Positions 55,466 to 64,000 of a DNA stretch of 64,000 nt are shown here, piece after piece. Each line of letters starts with the position of its first letter. Within the stretch, counting starts at the first letter, position 1. Origin of the DNA: a virus. Taxonomy: Duplodnaviria > Heunggongvirae > Uroviricota > Caudoviricetes. Both the position numbers and the translations under genes were made by a program. Below the pieces are notes generated by a model that worked only from the letters and a program-made list of their open reading frames with translations, had not been told where the DNA came from and did no database searches. Location of the stretch: the IMG/VR virus record IMGVR_UViG_3300009709_000001, positions 1-64,000 of that record. One strand, 5' to 3'.

Positions 55466-56481
55466 TAGAAATCATCCCATCCGTCAACTGCTTCTGAACG
55501 ACTATATTCAGTTACCTTAGTTTCGAAGAAATTCTCACGTTTCTGAGCATTCAGATATTCGTAAGGATTCTTAGTGAAACCCTTGTAAACCACACCGAGT
55601 CCAAGAAGCTTGGTACGTTGATTGGTTAGATACTTGATGTATCCTTCGGTGCTTTCCTGGGAGATACCAAGGATACGATCGCCGTAGATTTCCTTGCCCC
55701 ATTCAATTTCTTGTTCCGCTGCTTGCAAAATGTTATCGAGCAGAATCTTTCTGTCGGCTTCGTTATCGAGATCGAAAATCTCACGAATAATGCTTGCGAA
55801 AAGGTTTACATGAGTTACTTCGTCGTTCTCAATGTATTTTATCATTTTAGCAACATTCGCTACTTTATTGCGAGCCGCCAACTGATAGAAAAACTGGAAA
55901 CCATTATAGAAATAAATTCCTTCCAATGCAAAGTCCGCAGCAATAGCGATCTTGAAATTTTCTAATGTCTTATCATTATTAAATTTCTCGTACTGACCTG
56001 CAATGAATTTATTACGTTTCAGCAGAAGTGGGTTACTTCTCCAATGGTTGTAAATTTCTTCTCTATCAATACTTGGAAACAATTCTTGTAACAAATATTG
56101 ATACGATTGCGAATGGATAAGTTCCTGGAAGGCCTGTACTGTGAATAAACCACTAACTTCTGGTGCAGTGATATAATCTGCAATGTTGGGAAGATTATTC
56201 ACCTGCATACTATCCAGAGCAATCAAGAATGAAAGTGTATTCTTGAATGCTTCCATTTCGTCTTTAGTGAGTTCCCTAATTGTAACCTTGTCATCGACTA
56301 GAGAAACTTTTTCTGGAATCCAGAAATTGTTTACCATAATTCGGTAAAGCTTTGGTGCCCACGAATACTTAACGCTATTCAGGTTTAGAATACCTGTAGC
56401 ATTACCATTGACAAGGCTACGTGCGGTAGCCGAGTCATCTCCAAATTCATCGAAAATTTTCTTCGGTGTTAATTGTGTCAT
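55465..56481 (-). CDS. nrdB: Ribonucleotide reductase class I beta subunit
   Basis: NFWIPE, LDS.Q, QE.IHSQSY (radical Tyr), LEGIYFY.GF, DE.TH, NFFE..V.EY. Confidence 0.93.
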   Translation of the reverse strand: MTQLTPKKIFDEFGDDSATARSLVNGNATGILNLNSVKYSWAPKLYRIMVNNFWIPEKVSLVDDKVTIRELTKDEMEAFKNTLSFLIALDSMQVNNLPNIADYITAPEVSGLFTVQAFQELIHSQSYQYLLQELFPSIDREEIYNHWRSNPLLLKRNKFIAGQYEKFNNDKTLENFKIAIAADFALEGIYFYNGFQFFYQLAARNKVANVAKMIKYIENDEVTHVNLFASIIREIFDLDNEADRKILLDNILQAAEQEIEWGKEIYGDRILGISQESTEGYIKYLTNQRTKLLGLGVVYKGFTKNPYEYLNAQKRENFFETKVTEYSRSEAVDGWDDF

Positions 56482-56688
56482 TTATCTTGTCCACTTTACA
56501 AATCGAGGAATATTACCTTTATTATCGACATAGAAAAAGTTATCTAAAAGATATAGCAGCTCATCCATTTTTGTAATATCATGTCTTTCTATTACGTTAT
56601 ACGAATCTTCCATTAGCATAAACCAGCATTTATCAACACCTAATTTAATTTGATCTTCAAAAATAAATTCTAAATCTTCTTTTATCAT
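56482..56688 (-). CDS. Small hypothetical protein co-inserted with the HNH gene
   Basis: 68-aa AT-rich ORF between the HNH gene and nrdB. Confidence 0.5.
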   Translation of the reverse strand: MIKEDLEFIFEDQIKLGVDKCWFMLMEDSYNVIERHDITKMDELLYLLDNFFYVDNKGNIPRFVKWTR

Positions 56689-57338
56689 GTAACATCCTTT
56701 TTCTTTCCGTATCCGAACCCGATCGGCATTTCGGCACCGTCTTTTAATCTTTTTACTTCTTTACCGTTCGTTATCCATTTCCCGCGATCTGGGAACGGTG
56801 CCATGCCTTTTTTCCAGCCTGCTGGAATAACTTCGTCGGACTTAAAGTATCTGCTATTTGTGCCGTCTGTAAACCATTTAGCACCATCCATGCTGGGAGT
56901 TCTTCCACCGTTAAGAATGTGATTTCTTTCAGGAAATCTACGCATCGGATTATTGTCACCCTTCATGTTTTCCGAAATCTTTTTCTTTGCGGAATCATGT
57001 TGCATAGGGTTTCCGACAGATTTCATCCTTGATGCACAATTTGCTGCCATTGCAATTTTTGCAGTTTCGTATTGTTTTCCAGAAATTTTTCTATCATTTT
57101 TCTTATTTTCGGTAGCCATCCAAAAGAATGCATTCGATATTTTCCAATTTGCAGGATACATCTTGTATAACAACCAATGAGCTATGTAATGCTCCCTGGC
57201 TGTTAATTTTGATAAATTTGCCGGCAAATCATTGCCTCCTAAGCATTTTGGAATGATGTGATGCTTTTCATAATATTCCAAATCTCTTTCTAATTTACCC
57301 CTCTCACACAAATTTTCGTATGCTTTTTTATAATTCAT
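56685..57338 (-). CDS. HNH homing endonuclease between nrdA and nrdB
   Basis: MNYKK.Y; EKHHIIPKCLGG.D...N...LTAREHYIAH; NPM repeats; W.T.G...P.GW repeats. Confidence 0.88.
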   Translation of the reverse strand: MNYKKAYENLCERGKLERDLEYYEKHHIIPKCLGGNDLPANLSKLTAREHYIAHWLLYKMYPANWKISNAFFWMATENKKNDRKISGKQYETAKIAMAANCASRMKSVGNPMQHDSAKKKISENMKGDNNPMRRFPERNHILNGGRTPSMDGAKWFTDGTNSRYFKSDEVIPAGWKKGMAPFPDRGKWITNGKEVKRLKDGAEMPIGFGYGKKKDVT

Positions 57339-57382
57339 ATTACCCCGCACAATGACATTATTTATCATTGTGCGCAGGATAA

Positions 57383-59593
57383 CTACCCGGCACAGGCCAC
57401 GCAATCGGCTTCCGCCTTGACTACATCTACAGATGCATTCTTCTTAATTGTTCGAATGTAGTAGATAGCCTTGATGCCTTGTTCCCAGGCATAGTGAATT
57501 GCATCGTAAAGTTCCTTTGCATTAAAGTTTTCTTTGCGTTGGTCAAATATTAACTCCATCGAGCACCCTGTGTCAATGAATTTCTGCAATTCAGCAACAA
57601 CATCAATAATTTCTGTGGCGGAATGCTTAGAGAAAGTCTTGCCATAACCAAGTGGATTTTCCTTAAGGAACTTGGCAACTACAACGAGTTTACCGTTTTT
57701 GTTATCTTCAGAGAAGAATGCATCATAGATAGGCAATACACTAGCACTCGAATCCATATAAATGGATGTACTTGTATTAGGTGCCGGACTGGTAAGTTGG
57801 CTATTTCTCATGCCGTATTGATCGATAAGGGCTTGTGCATTATCCCAATCGTAATTACCAGATGCATGTTCCTTGAACTTAGCAATTCGATTACCGTTCT
57901 TCCATTCAGACTTCTCGAATGCATCGAAAGATCCAAATCTCTTAGCCAATTCTGCACTAGCGATAACTGCATTGTATTCGATACATTCTGCCAATTCACG
58001 AATGTAATCTAGATCACGGAAATTCAAGAATTCCCTTGCCAAATGGTCATGCAAACCTTGCATACCGATACCGATAGTTCGATAACGATTATTGTGTGCA
58101 GCCGTAATCTTATCCGGTGCATTTGTTAGGCTAATACCGTAATCCAAGATTTTGGTTGTCAACTGTGAAATCTTCGCCAATTCCTTGAAGTCTCTGATAT
58201 TACCGAGCACAATAGAGGCTAGGTTACAAACGTGTCCGAGCTCATCCGGCTTGACATTAGAGAAGGATTCAGTGCAAAGGTTTACACAAGGAATACCTAC
58301 GTGATCGTTGTCATCGCCCTGATTAGGATTGAATTCATTAAGACGGTCACTAAACGAAAGATATGGTAAACCTGTATCAAAGTGTGTCTTCATGACAGTT
58401 TTGATAAGATCACGTGCATTAGGATAGGTACGTGTAATTGCGAGCTTACCTTCTTCTGCAGCCTTTTCAATCTTTAGATAAGCTTCGGTGAATGCATCGC
58501 CATATAGGCCACGAACATTAATGCCGAGTTTCTTCTTAACTTCGAATGGGCAGAATGTTGTCCATGGACCACGTTCCTGATCACGACGCATGAAGATATC
58601 CGGAATACATACCTGTGGAAACACATCATATGCCTTCAGACGTGGGTCACCATGTTCAGCCTGCATATCCAAGAAGTCTAGGATGTCATTGTGCCAGATC
58701 GGTAATGCAACTGTACCTGCACCTGCTCTCTTACCACCCTGGTTAACCGCAACCAATGTATCGTTCAGAATTTTAATCCATTGAACTACTGTACCGGCAG
58801 CATTTTCATAACCATTAACATCGGAACCTTTAGCACGAAGATAACCGAGGAAAACACCGAGTCCACCGCCATTCTTAGAAATAAGTGCGACACGCTTGAT
58901 ATTATCAAAGATACTATCGATGTCATCTTCAACGGCGATAATGAAGCAGGATGCTACATTACCTCCTTTTCGTAGATTAGAAAGGAAAGGAGTGGCAAGA
59001 GAAATCTTACGTTGTGAAAGAGCATTGTATACTTCTTTCACGAATTTAATTCTAGTTTCGGCAGGTTCATTCTGTCCAAATCTCATGGCGTTAACCATGT
59101 GCATATGCTGATTTAGTTCGAATTTACCAAGGTACTTCTTCTTGGCTGTGATCAGACTAGCATAACTGTAATCCAAATCACGGCTCATTTTTACGGCTGC
59201 ACCGAGCTCATCAAGTTGAGCATCGGTATAGTGTTCTGTTAGGTCTGCGGTGTATAGATTCTTCGAAATATTGTAGTGAACAATTTCACGAAAGGATTTT
59301 CCACGCAATGGAAAGTTTGCCCATTCGTCCATGGCCAGCGCGCGGCCAGCAACATTAACCCAATCTGGACTTTCCGGAGTAGCAAGCTGAATAGCATGCT
59401 GAATAACGTTTAGTTGAATATCTTTTGTTCTAATTCCGGGACGTAAGAACTGATCAAGCTTTGATTCGAGTTCGAGCGGATTTACATCCTGCCCCTCGGC
59501 CGCCATTTGAATAGACTTTTTAATTTTCGAGACATCATATGGTTCCTTTGTACCGTCCCTTTTTTCAACCATAATCTCTCTTACTGATGCCAT
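57383..59593 (-). CDS. nrdA: Ribonucleotide reductase class Ia alpha subunit with ATP cone
   Basis: VEKRDG ATP cone, ATP..N, SCF, GGG.G, VNQGGKR.GA, NLCTE, CNL.S, APN.STS, YY.R, C-terminal CVAC. Confidence 0.95.
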   Translation of the reverse strand: MASVREIMVEKRDGTKEPYDVSKIKKSIQMAAEGQDVNPLELESKLDQFLRPGIRTKDIQLNVIQHAIQLATPESPDWVNVAGRALAMDEWANFPLRGKSFREIVHYNISKNLYTADLTEHYTDAQLDELGAAVKMSRDLDYSYASLITAKKKYLGKFELNQHMHMVNAMRFGQNEPAETRIKFVKEVYNALSQRKISLATPFLSNLRKGGNVASCFIIAVEDDIDSIFDNIKRVALISKNGGGLGVFLGYLRAKGSDVNGYENAAGTVVQWIKILNDTLVAVNQGGKRAGAGTVALPIWHNDILDFLDMQAEHGDPRLKAYDVFPQVCIPDIFMRRDQERGPWTTFCPFEVKKKLGINVRGLYGDAFTEAYLKIEKAAEEGKLAITRTYPNARDLIKTVMKTHFDTGLPYLSFSDRLNEFNPNQGDDNDHVGIPCVNLCTESFSNVKPDELGHVCNLASIVLGNIRDFKELAKISQLTTKILDYGISLTNAPDKITAAHNNRYRTIGIGMQGLHDHLAREFLNFRDLDYIRELAECIEYNAVIASAELAKRFGSFDAFEKSEWKNGNRIAKFKEHASGNYDWDNAQALIDQYGMRNSQLTSPAPNTSTSIYMDSSASVLPIYDAFFSEDNKNGKLVVVAKFLKENPLGYGKTFSKHSATEIIDVVAELQKFIDTGCSMELIFDQRKENFNAKELYDAIHYAWEQGIKAIYYIRTIKKNASVDVVKAEADCVACAG

Positions 59594-59612
59594 ATTTCCT
59601 TTCTCTCTTTGT

Positions 59613-60050
59613 TTAAGTCAATTTTCTGATATCTTCACTTTTATAGATCTTGACGATCTGAAATTCCTTTTCAATTTCCGGTAGGGTATTTACACTACCG
59701 AGATGGTAATTCAAAATAAAGTGATCTTCGATAACAGGGAGCATATAGATGTCGCCGCCTTCATCTACAAGGTAAAGTTCTACCTTGGTCTCAGGCGAAA
59801 CAAGCTCTATCGTGTATGCCATAAAGAGGCTGATAGAGCTTGTGCAGAATAAGCCGTGTACTAGAATTTCCCACGGCGTTGGCCAGTTGGCCGGTGTATA
59901 GTAATCTATTGTTCTTGTGCCAATAGGCATTTTCGAACAGAATTTCGAAACTTCCTTGAGCTGATCCAGGAGAGTTTGATCCTTCAAATCGTCTCTTAGC
60001 GATTTCCAGAGGCGAAGGCGTTCCTCGTTCGGAATTGTATTCCAAAGCAT
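59613..60050 (-). CDS. Hypothetical protein
   Basis: ERL..W..LR, WPTPWE...G.FC motifs. Confidence 0.65.
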   Translation of the reverse strand: MLWNTIPNEERLRLWKSLRDDLKDQTLLDQLKEVSKFCSKMPIGTRTIDYYTPANWPTPWEILVHGLFCTSSISLFMAYTIELVSPETKVELYLVDEGGDIYMLPVIEDHFILNYHLGSVNTLPEIEKEFQIVKIYKSEDIRKLT

Positions 60051-60067
60051 AAATTACTCTCTTATTC

Positions 60068-60892
60068 TTAAAATGGTAGCCAGTGTACGGAACCTGTGCT
60101 AAAAGTCAGGTCGTACGGAAAATCGTGCCTATACGAAATTTCGATGTTTGGACCAACTAGGTCGGCCTTAAAGCTAATGTCCGCCGGCAACGAGTTATTT
60201 AGCTCGGTACCAGTGTCGGATAAAGTGGCAAGTGAACTGAGTGCTGTAATCTCAAGCTTTCCATTCTTAGCAAAATCTGTACCCGGTGTATCCCAATTAG
60301 GATTAGCCGAATTAGTCAAGTCATAAAGGATGCTGTAGAATGGAGTCACAGGAAACGAGATTATCGAAGTCCATGATGGTGCATTAGCTGGTAATGTGTA
60401 AACAACCGGTAAAAGTTGTAAATCATTAGTCGGTAATGCTAGGGACATTTCAACATAACCGCCATTAAGGTTTCCTACAAATACTCTTCTTGAATCGGTG
60501 CACAAAGCGAGTTCACCTGCAAGAAGAACATTAGGGAATGATGTCGAATTATATGTAGGATAAAGTGTGCCTGTAACGGTGATTGCACCCGTGGCAGTAC
60601 CTGCAAAGGTAATCTGCGTCGGGGATGTCGATGCAACAATGTATGTTCCATTGTATGCATTCGGTGTTACACCAGCAATTGTGATATTAGTTCCAACAGG
60701 ATATCTAGTACCATCGCACAAAACAGTGATGGTTACACCATCACCAGATGTGTTCGAATTTGTAATGATTGTTTGATTGAAAATACCATTGTAACCACTG
60801 GTTCCATCAAAACCTGGTGGATAGAGATTATCAAACTGATCTTGTGTTCCTCGACGATTTTGTATTCTAGAAACTACTACCGGATTTGCCAT
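60068..60892 (-). CDS. Virion structural/tail-associated protein
   Basis: SRIQNRRG...L.GEL..CTD.RR.F.GN motif interrupted by a G/T-rich beta insert. Confidence 0.65.
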   Translation of the reverse strand: MANPVVVSRIQNRRGTQDQFDNLYPPGFDGTSGYNGIFNQTIITNSNTSGDGVTITVLCDGTRYPVGTNITIAGVTPNAYNGTYIVASTSPTQITFAGTATGAITVTGTLYPTYNSTSFPNVLLAGELALCTDSRRVFVGNLNGGYVEMSLALPTNDLQLLPVVYTLPANAPSWTSIISFPVTPFYSILYDLTNSANPNWDTPGTDFAKNGKLEITALSSLATLSDTGTELNNSLPADISFKADLVGPNIEISYRHDFPYDLTFSTGSVHWLPF

Positions 60893-60914
60893 TGTTTTTT
60901 CCTCTGTTCTTTAT

Positions 60915-61580
60915 TTATTCGAATCCATACTTATCATAATAGGCGCATAGTTTGTTCGCCCACATGGTCTGATAATGCGTGAACTCGTCGCCTTCGATAA
61001 TGAATTCCTGATATTTTGCATCCCGAGTAGCAATCATAACAACACCGCGCTGGATTGTTGTTCCGAACATTTCATTATGCGCCATCGCATAAGCGGCAAG
61101 CTGCATGAAATAGTCTTCGATCCATTCTTTCTTCTTATCTTTGAGACTATTCTTAAAGTCCATGATAGATGGAACACCTTCGTGCAATCCTACAAGGTCG
61201 GTTGTACCTGCGTACAAACCTTTTGCAAAGACGGCAACTTCAGTTCCCCATACTTCGTCGACCTTACTTAGTCCATTCTTGATGATAACATCTGCAAGTG
61301 TCCTTGCCATAAATGAACCTTCGGAATATTGCCCAAGAATGTGATTTTCTAAAATCTTGTGCATTCCTTGTCCAATATTACTCGCCTCAACTTTGATTCG
61401 TTCAGCTTCTTTTTCGCCAACACGAGCAACCCACGCCTTTAGGTGGGTCATATCTTTAGTTTTGGAAAGGATTGTGGTTACACTGGGAAGAGGTCGATCT
61501 TCGCCAACGATATACCGACGACCATGTTTGCCGTCGGTACGTTCAAGTGGTTTGTAGTCGTAGAGTTTCTGTATAAGCAT
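60915..61580 (-). CDS. PD-(D/E)XK exonuclease
   Basis: LPSVTTIL, G..MH..LE, E......YAGTTDLV, IMDFK, QLAAYA.A. Confidence 0.88.
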   Translation of the reverse strand: MLIQKLYDYKPLERTDGKHGRRYIVGEDRPLPSVTTILSKTKDMTHLKAWVARVGEKEAERIKVEASNIGQGMHKILENHILGQYSEGSFMARTLADVIIKNGLSKVDEVWGTEVAVFAKGLYAGTTDLVGLHEGVPSIMDFKNSLKDKKKEWIEDYFMQLAAYAMAHNEMFGTTIQRGVVMIATRDAKYQEFIIEGDEFTHYQTMWANKLCAYYDKYGFE

Positions 61581-61618
61581 GCATGAATTGTAACATCAAA
61601 TGTTTCAAAACGCAATGC

Positions 61619-62788
61619 TTACCAACAGATTTTCCATTGAATTGTTGATCCGGTTTGTGGATTCGACTGAATCTTAATGGTATAACCTAGACCACCAAAG
61701 TAAGAAAGTACAGCATTCAATTGAGATTGAATTGGCTTGTTGGTTGTTGTACCTGCCCATACCTGCCAGTAAAGATGCGGATCTGTCCCGAATGTATTTT
61801 GGTTAGTATTGATGGTAACCACTGCTGGAGAAGCAGGTGGATTTGGAAGAGCTGCGGTAGGTGGATTATAAATCGTACCGGTTGCAGCAGGAGTATAATT
61901 CGATCCCGACGTAAGAACATCGACAGACGAAACTGCCGTACCGGTTAGGTTTACCTTAGTGGTTGCACCTGTTCCCGGATCGGTAATCACCAAATATGGA
62001 TTAAAATTAGAATAACCAGCGCCGATATTATCAACTAGGACATCTGTAATTGTTCCAGCATTATCGGTAATAACAGAACCCTGGAAGCCTGCACCTAATG
62101 GATAATCCAACAGTGGATTCAATGTAGAAACAATCTTAACTGTAGTGACACTATCTTCGTAACCAGAACCTGGATTTGTAATCGCAATATGTACGATCTC
62201 GCCTGTTACGCTAACCGCTGTGATTTTGAATACTGCATCAACATAGAAAATATTCGGTAATACTGCACGAGTTGCGGTGATTGTGTCATTAATTGTGTAA
62301 CCGGAACCAGCTGAAACAATATTGACATTCACAATTTGACCAGATGCATTTACCAATGGTTGAAGATTTGCACCTGTACCAAGAAGCGAACTTACTGCCA
62401 AAGTCGATGAAATTGGTTGATATCCCGAACTACCGTTGGTCATGTTAACGGCAAGGATATTGCTACCGTTGGTGGTTAGAGTTGCTGTTGCGCCAGTCGC
62501 TGCGGAGCCATTTGGTGGAATGAATGCAATTGCTGGCTTATCAACGAAATAACCGCTACCGCCATTATTTACGGTAACAGAACTTACTCCGCTAACAAAT
62601 GTCATCGGTGTATCACCACCGACAGTAACACACATCTGGCCGCCACCCGGCTGGCATTGACTTGCAGCCGCAAGGATAGCTTGCTGAAGTTTGCAAATTT
62701 CTTCCCAAACTACAGGAAGGTTTAAAGACAATTGGGCCATCTGTGGCCCTGTTGGAAAACCCGTACCAGGTGTGCAGCAATCTGCCAT
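61619..62788 (-). CDS. Virion structural (baseplate/tail-like) protein with GSGY repeats
   Basis: Repeated V..V.V.N.GSGY units. Confidence 0.65.
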   Translation of the reverse strand: MADCCTPGTGFPTGPQMAQLSLNLPVVWEEICKLQQAILAAASQCQPGGGQMCVTVGGDTPMTFVSGVSSVTVNNGGSGYFVDKPAIAFIPPNGSAATGATATLTTNGSNILAVNMTNGSSGYQPISSTLAVSSLLGTGANLQPLVNASGQIVNVNIVSAGSGYTINDTITATRAVLPNIFYVDAVFKITAVSVTGEIVHIAITNPGSGYEDSVTTVKIVSTLNPLLDYPLGAGFQGSVITDNAGTITDVLVDNIGAGYSNFNPYLVITDPGTGATTKVNLTGTAVSSVDVLTSGSNYTPAATGTIYNPPTAALPNPPASPAVVTINTNQNTFGTDPHLYWQVWAGTTTNKPIQSQLNAVLSYFGGLGYTIKIQSNPQTGSTIQWKICW

Positions 62789-62797
62789 TTCTAATCC

Positions 62798-63115
62798 TTA
62801 AAGCGAAGTCGCTTTCTGTGCCATGTCAGATACCTGACCGGCGCTATCTTTACCACTTGAGCCACCAGGGTTTGCTTGGTTTTCTGGACTAGTCAGTGTA
62901 ACCGATGTTGGGGTAGCATTCAAAACATTAGGATTTCTGCTCAATAGAAGCATCAATGAATTTGGGCTAACTGAATAGCCCATTTGTTGAAGCTGAGCAA
63001 CGAGATCATTCATGTTGACTTCCGCGGCACCATTACCTTTGGCACCGATCAACAAGTTATTAAGATCTGCATCCAGTTGCTGGTTGTAATCTTCTCTTAG
63101 TTCTCTTGCTCTCAT
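62798..63115 (-). CDS. Hypothetical late/virion protein
   Basis: MRARELRED start; 105 aa. Confidence 0.65.
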   Translation of the reverse strand: MRARELREDYNQQLDADLNNLLIGAKGNGAAEVNMNDLVAQLQQMGYSVSPNSLMLLLSRNPNVLNATPTSVTLTSPENQANPGGSSGKDSAGQVSDMAQKATSL

Positions 63116-63118
63116 GAA

Positions 63119-64000
63119 TTACTTCTTTGCTTCTCTAAGTTTACGTGCCTTGGCAACAAGTCTTTGCATTTCCATGACCTTCTTTTCGAGGTGCTTAACG
63201 GATTCTGCCTTCATAGAACGTCCGAGTGGATCTTCTTCATCGGCACTTCCGAATTCATCTTCTGCATCAAGGTCGCCTGCAATGTTATCGAGGTCAGCAT
63301 CCATGCCTGCTTCGGCATCCATACCACCCATACCATCATCCATGCCATCTAACGACGGATCGAGATCCATATCATTCGATGCACCAACCTGGCCAGTCAT
63401 GGCCATATTAGAAACTGCATCATCGACTTGACCTTTCGCTGCATACAACGAATCCATAACACTCTGAAGAGCACCATAGATTTGGGTCTGGAAAGCAGAT
63501 GCAGATTCAGTACCGTATGTCTCGCGCATTTGATCTGTAACAGGTGGAAGATCTTCGTTCTGCAAACGACCGATCTTTTCAATCATTTCTTGCAACTCTT
63601 GAGCAAAGCCCTTCGCTGCCATCATAACTTCGGCCTGGCTAACTTCTGTTTCAAGAAGACGGCGAAGATTTTTTACTAGGTGTTCTTTCATTACTTTTCC
63701 TTCATTCATTTCTGATGTTTCTTCTACGGATTCTTTGTGCAGAATTCCTTGCTTACGGGCTGCGGCCTGGGCGGCAAACGGGTCCGGCATCATACGACCG
63801 TTTGGGCCTCTAACCATCGGTACAGTCTCATCGTGCTGTGCATTGAAATCAAAATCGCCACCGGCCGCACGGCTTGCACCTGCGGTAGACAATCTTGGGT
63901 CCATTTGTGCATTCGAACTGCGAACATGCTCATCTTGTCCAGACCATGGAATTTCGGCGCCACGATCATAACCACCAGTTTCGTCGATTTCTTCCTCTTC
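63119..64000 (-). CDS. Acidic head scaffold/core-like protein, partial (5' end beyond the window)
   Basis: Frame stays open from 63904 to the window end; LLE.EV.QAEV..AAK.....Q.M.E....Q..LP; acidic tail ending LGR..K.ES. Confidence 0.65.
   Translation of the reverse strand, partial: EEEEIDETGGYDRGAEIPWSGQDEHVRSSNAQMDPRLSTAGASRAAGGDFDFNAQHDETVPMVRGPNGRMMPDPFAAQAAARKQGILHKESVEETSEMNEGKVMKEHLVKNLRRLLETEVSQAEVMMAAKGFAQELQEMIEKIGRLQNEDLPPVTDQMRETYGTESASAFQTQIYGALQSVMDSLYAAKGQVDDAVSNMAMTGQVGASNDMDLDPSLDGMDDGMGGMDAEAGMDADLDNIAGDLDAEDEFGSADEEDPLGRSMKAESVKHLEKKVMEMQRLVAKARKLREAKK

Noticed and set aside
55465-59593. Intron or intein in nrdA/nrdB
   Set aside because: Both reading frames are continuous and of normal length; the HNH gene is intergenic.
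1-64000. Stop-codon reassignment or CRISPR array
   Set aside because: Conserved genes are full length in code 11 with TAA, TGA and TAG all used as stops; no regularly spaced repeat-spacer array was seen.

Overview
A 64-kb segment of a large (jumbo-type, T4-superfamily-like) tailed phage genome, almost entirely minus-strand and read in the standard genetic code. Both ends carry virion or tail-type genes. The middle holds replication and nucleotide genes (RFC-type clamp loader, DnaE fragment, ATP-dependent ligase, nrdA/nrdB, thyA, dCMP deaminase, MazG-like, exonucleases). It also holds a near-complete protein quality-control set (clpA, clpS, clpP, clpX, dnaJ-like, groES), translation genes (infA, rpsU, YqeY-like), NAD salvage (nadV, nadM-Nudix), folE/queD, Fe-S and oxidative-stress genes, phoH and four free-standing homing endonucleases. 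Two promoter classes are visible: host sigma70-type and a T4-late-like TAAATA motif. The most unusual items are: (1) a ~500-nt, densely base-paired, pseudoknotted non-coding RNA candidate at 12.9-13.4 kb; (2) a tRNA-Lys(CUU) body with a ~65-nt D-loop insertion and an enlarged T-loop; (3) a four-gene operon of three signal-peptide proteins plus an L,D-transpeptidase-like gene that looks like an exported fibre/amyloid system; (4) candidate regulatory RNA leaders before the folE operon and before both NAD salvage genes; (5) a membrane-anchored metacaspase with a single-base frameshift. All calls come from reading motifs by eye; no database searches or folding programs were run.
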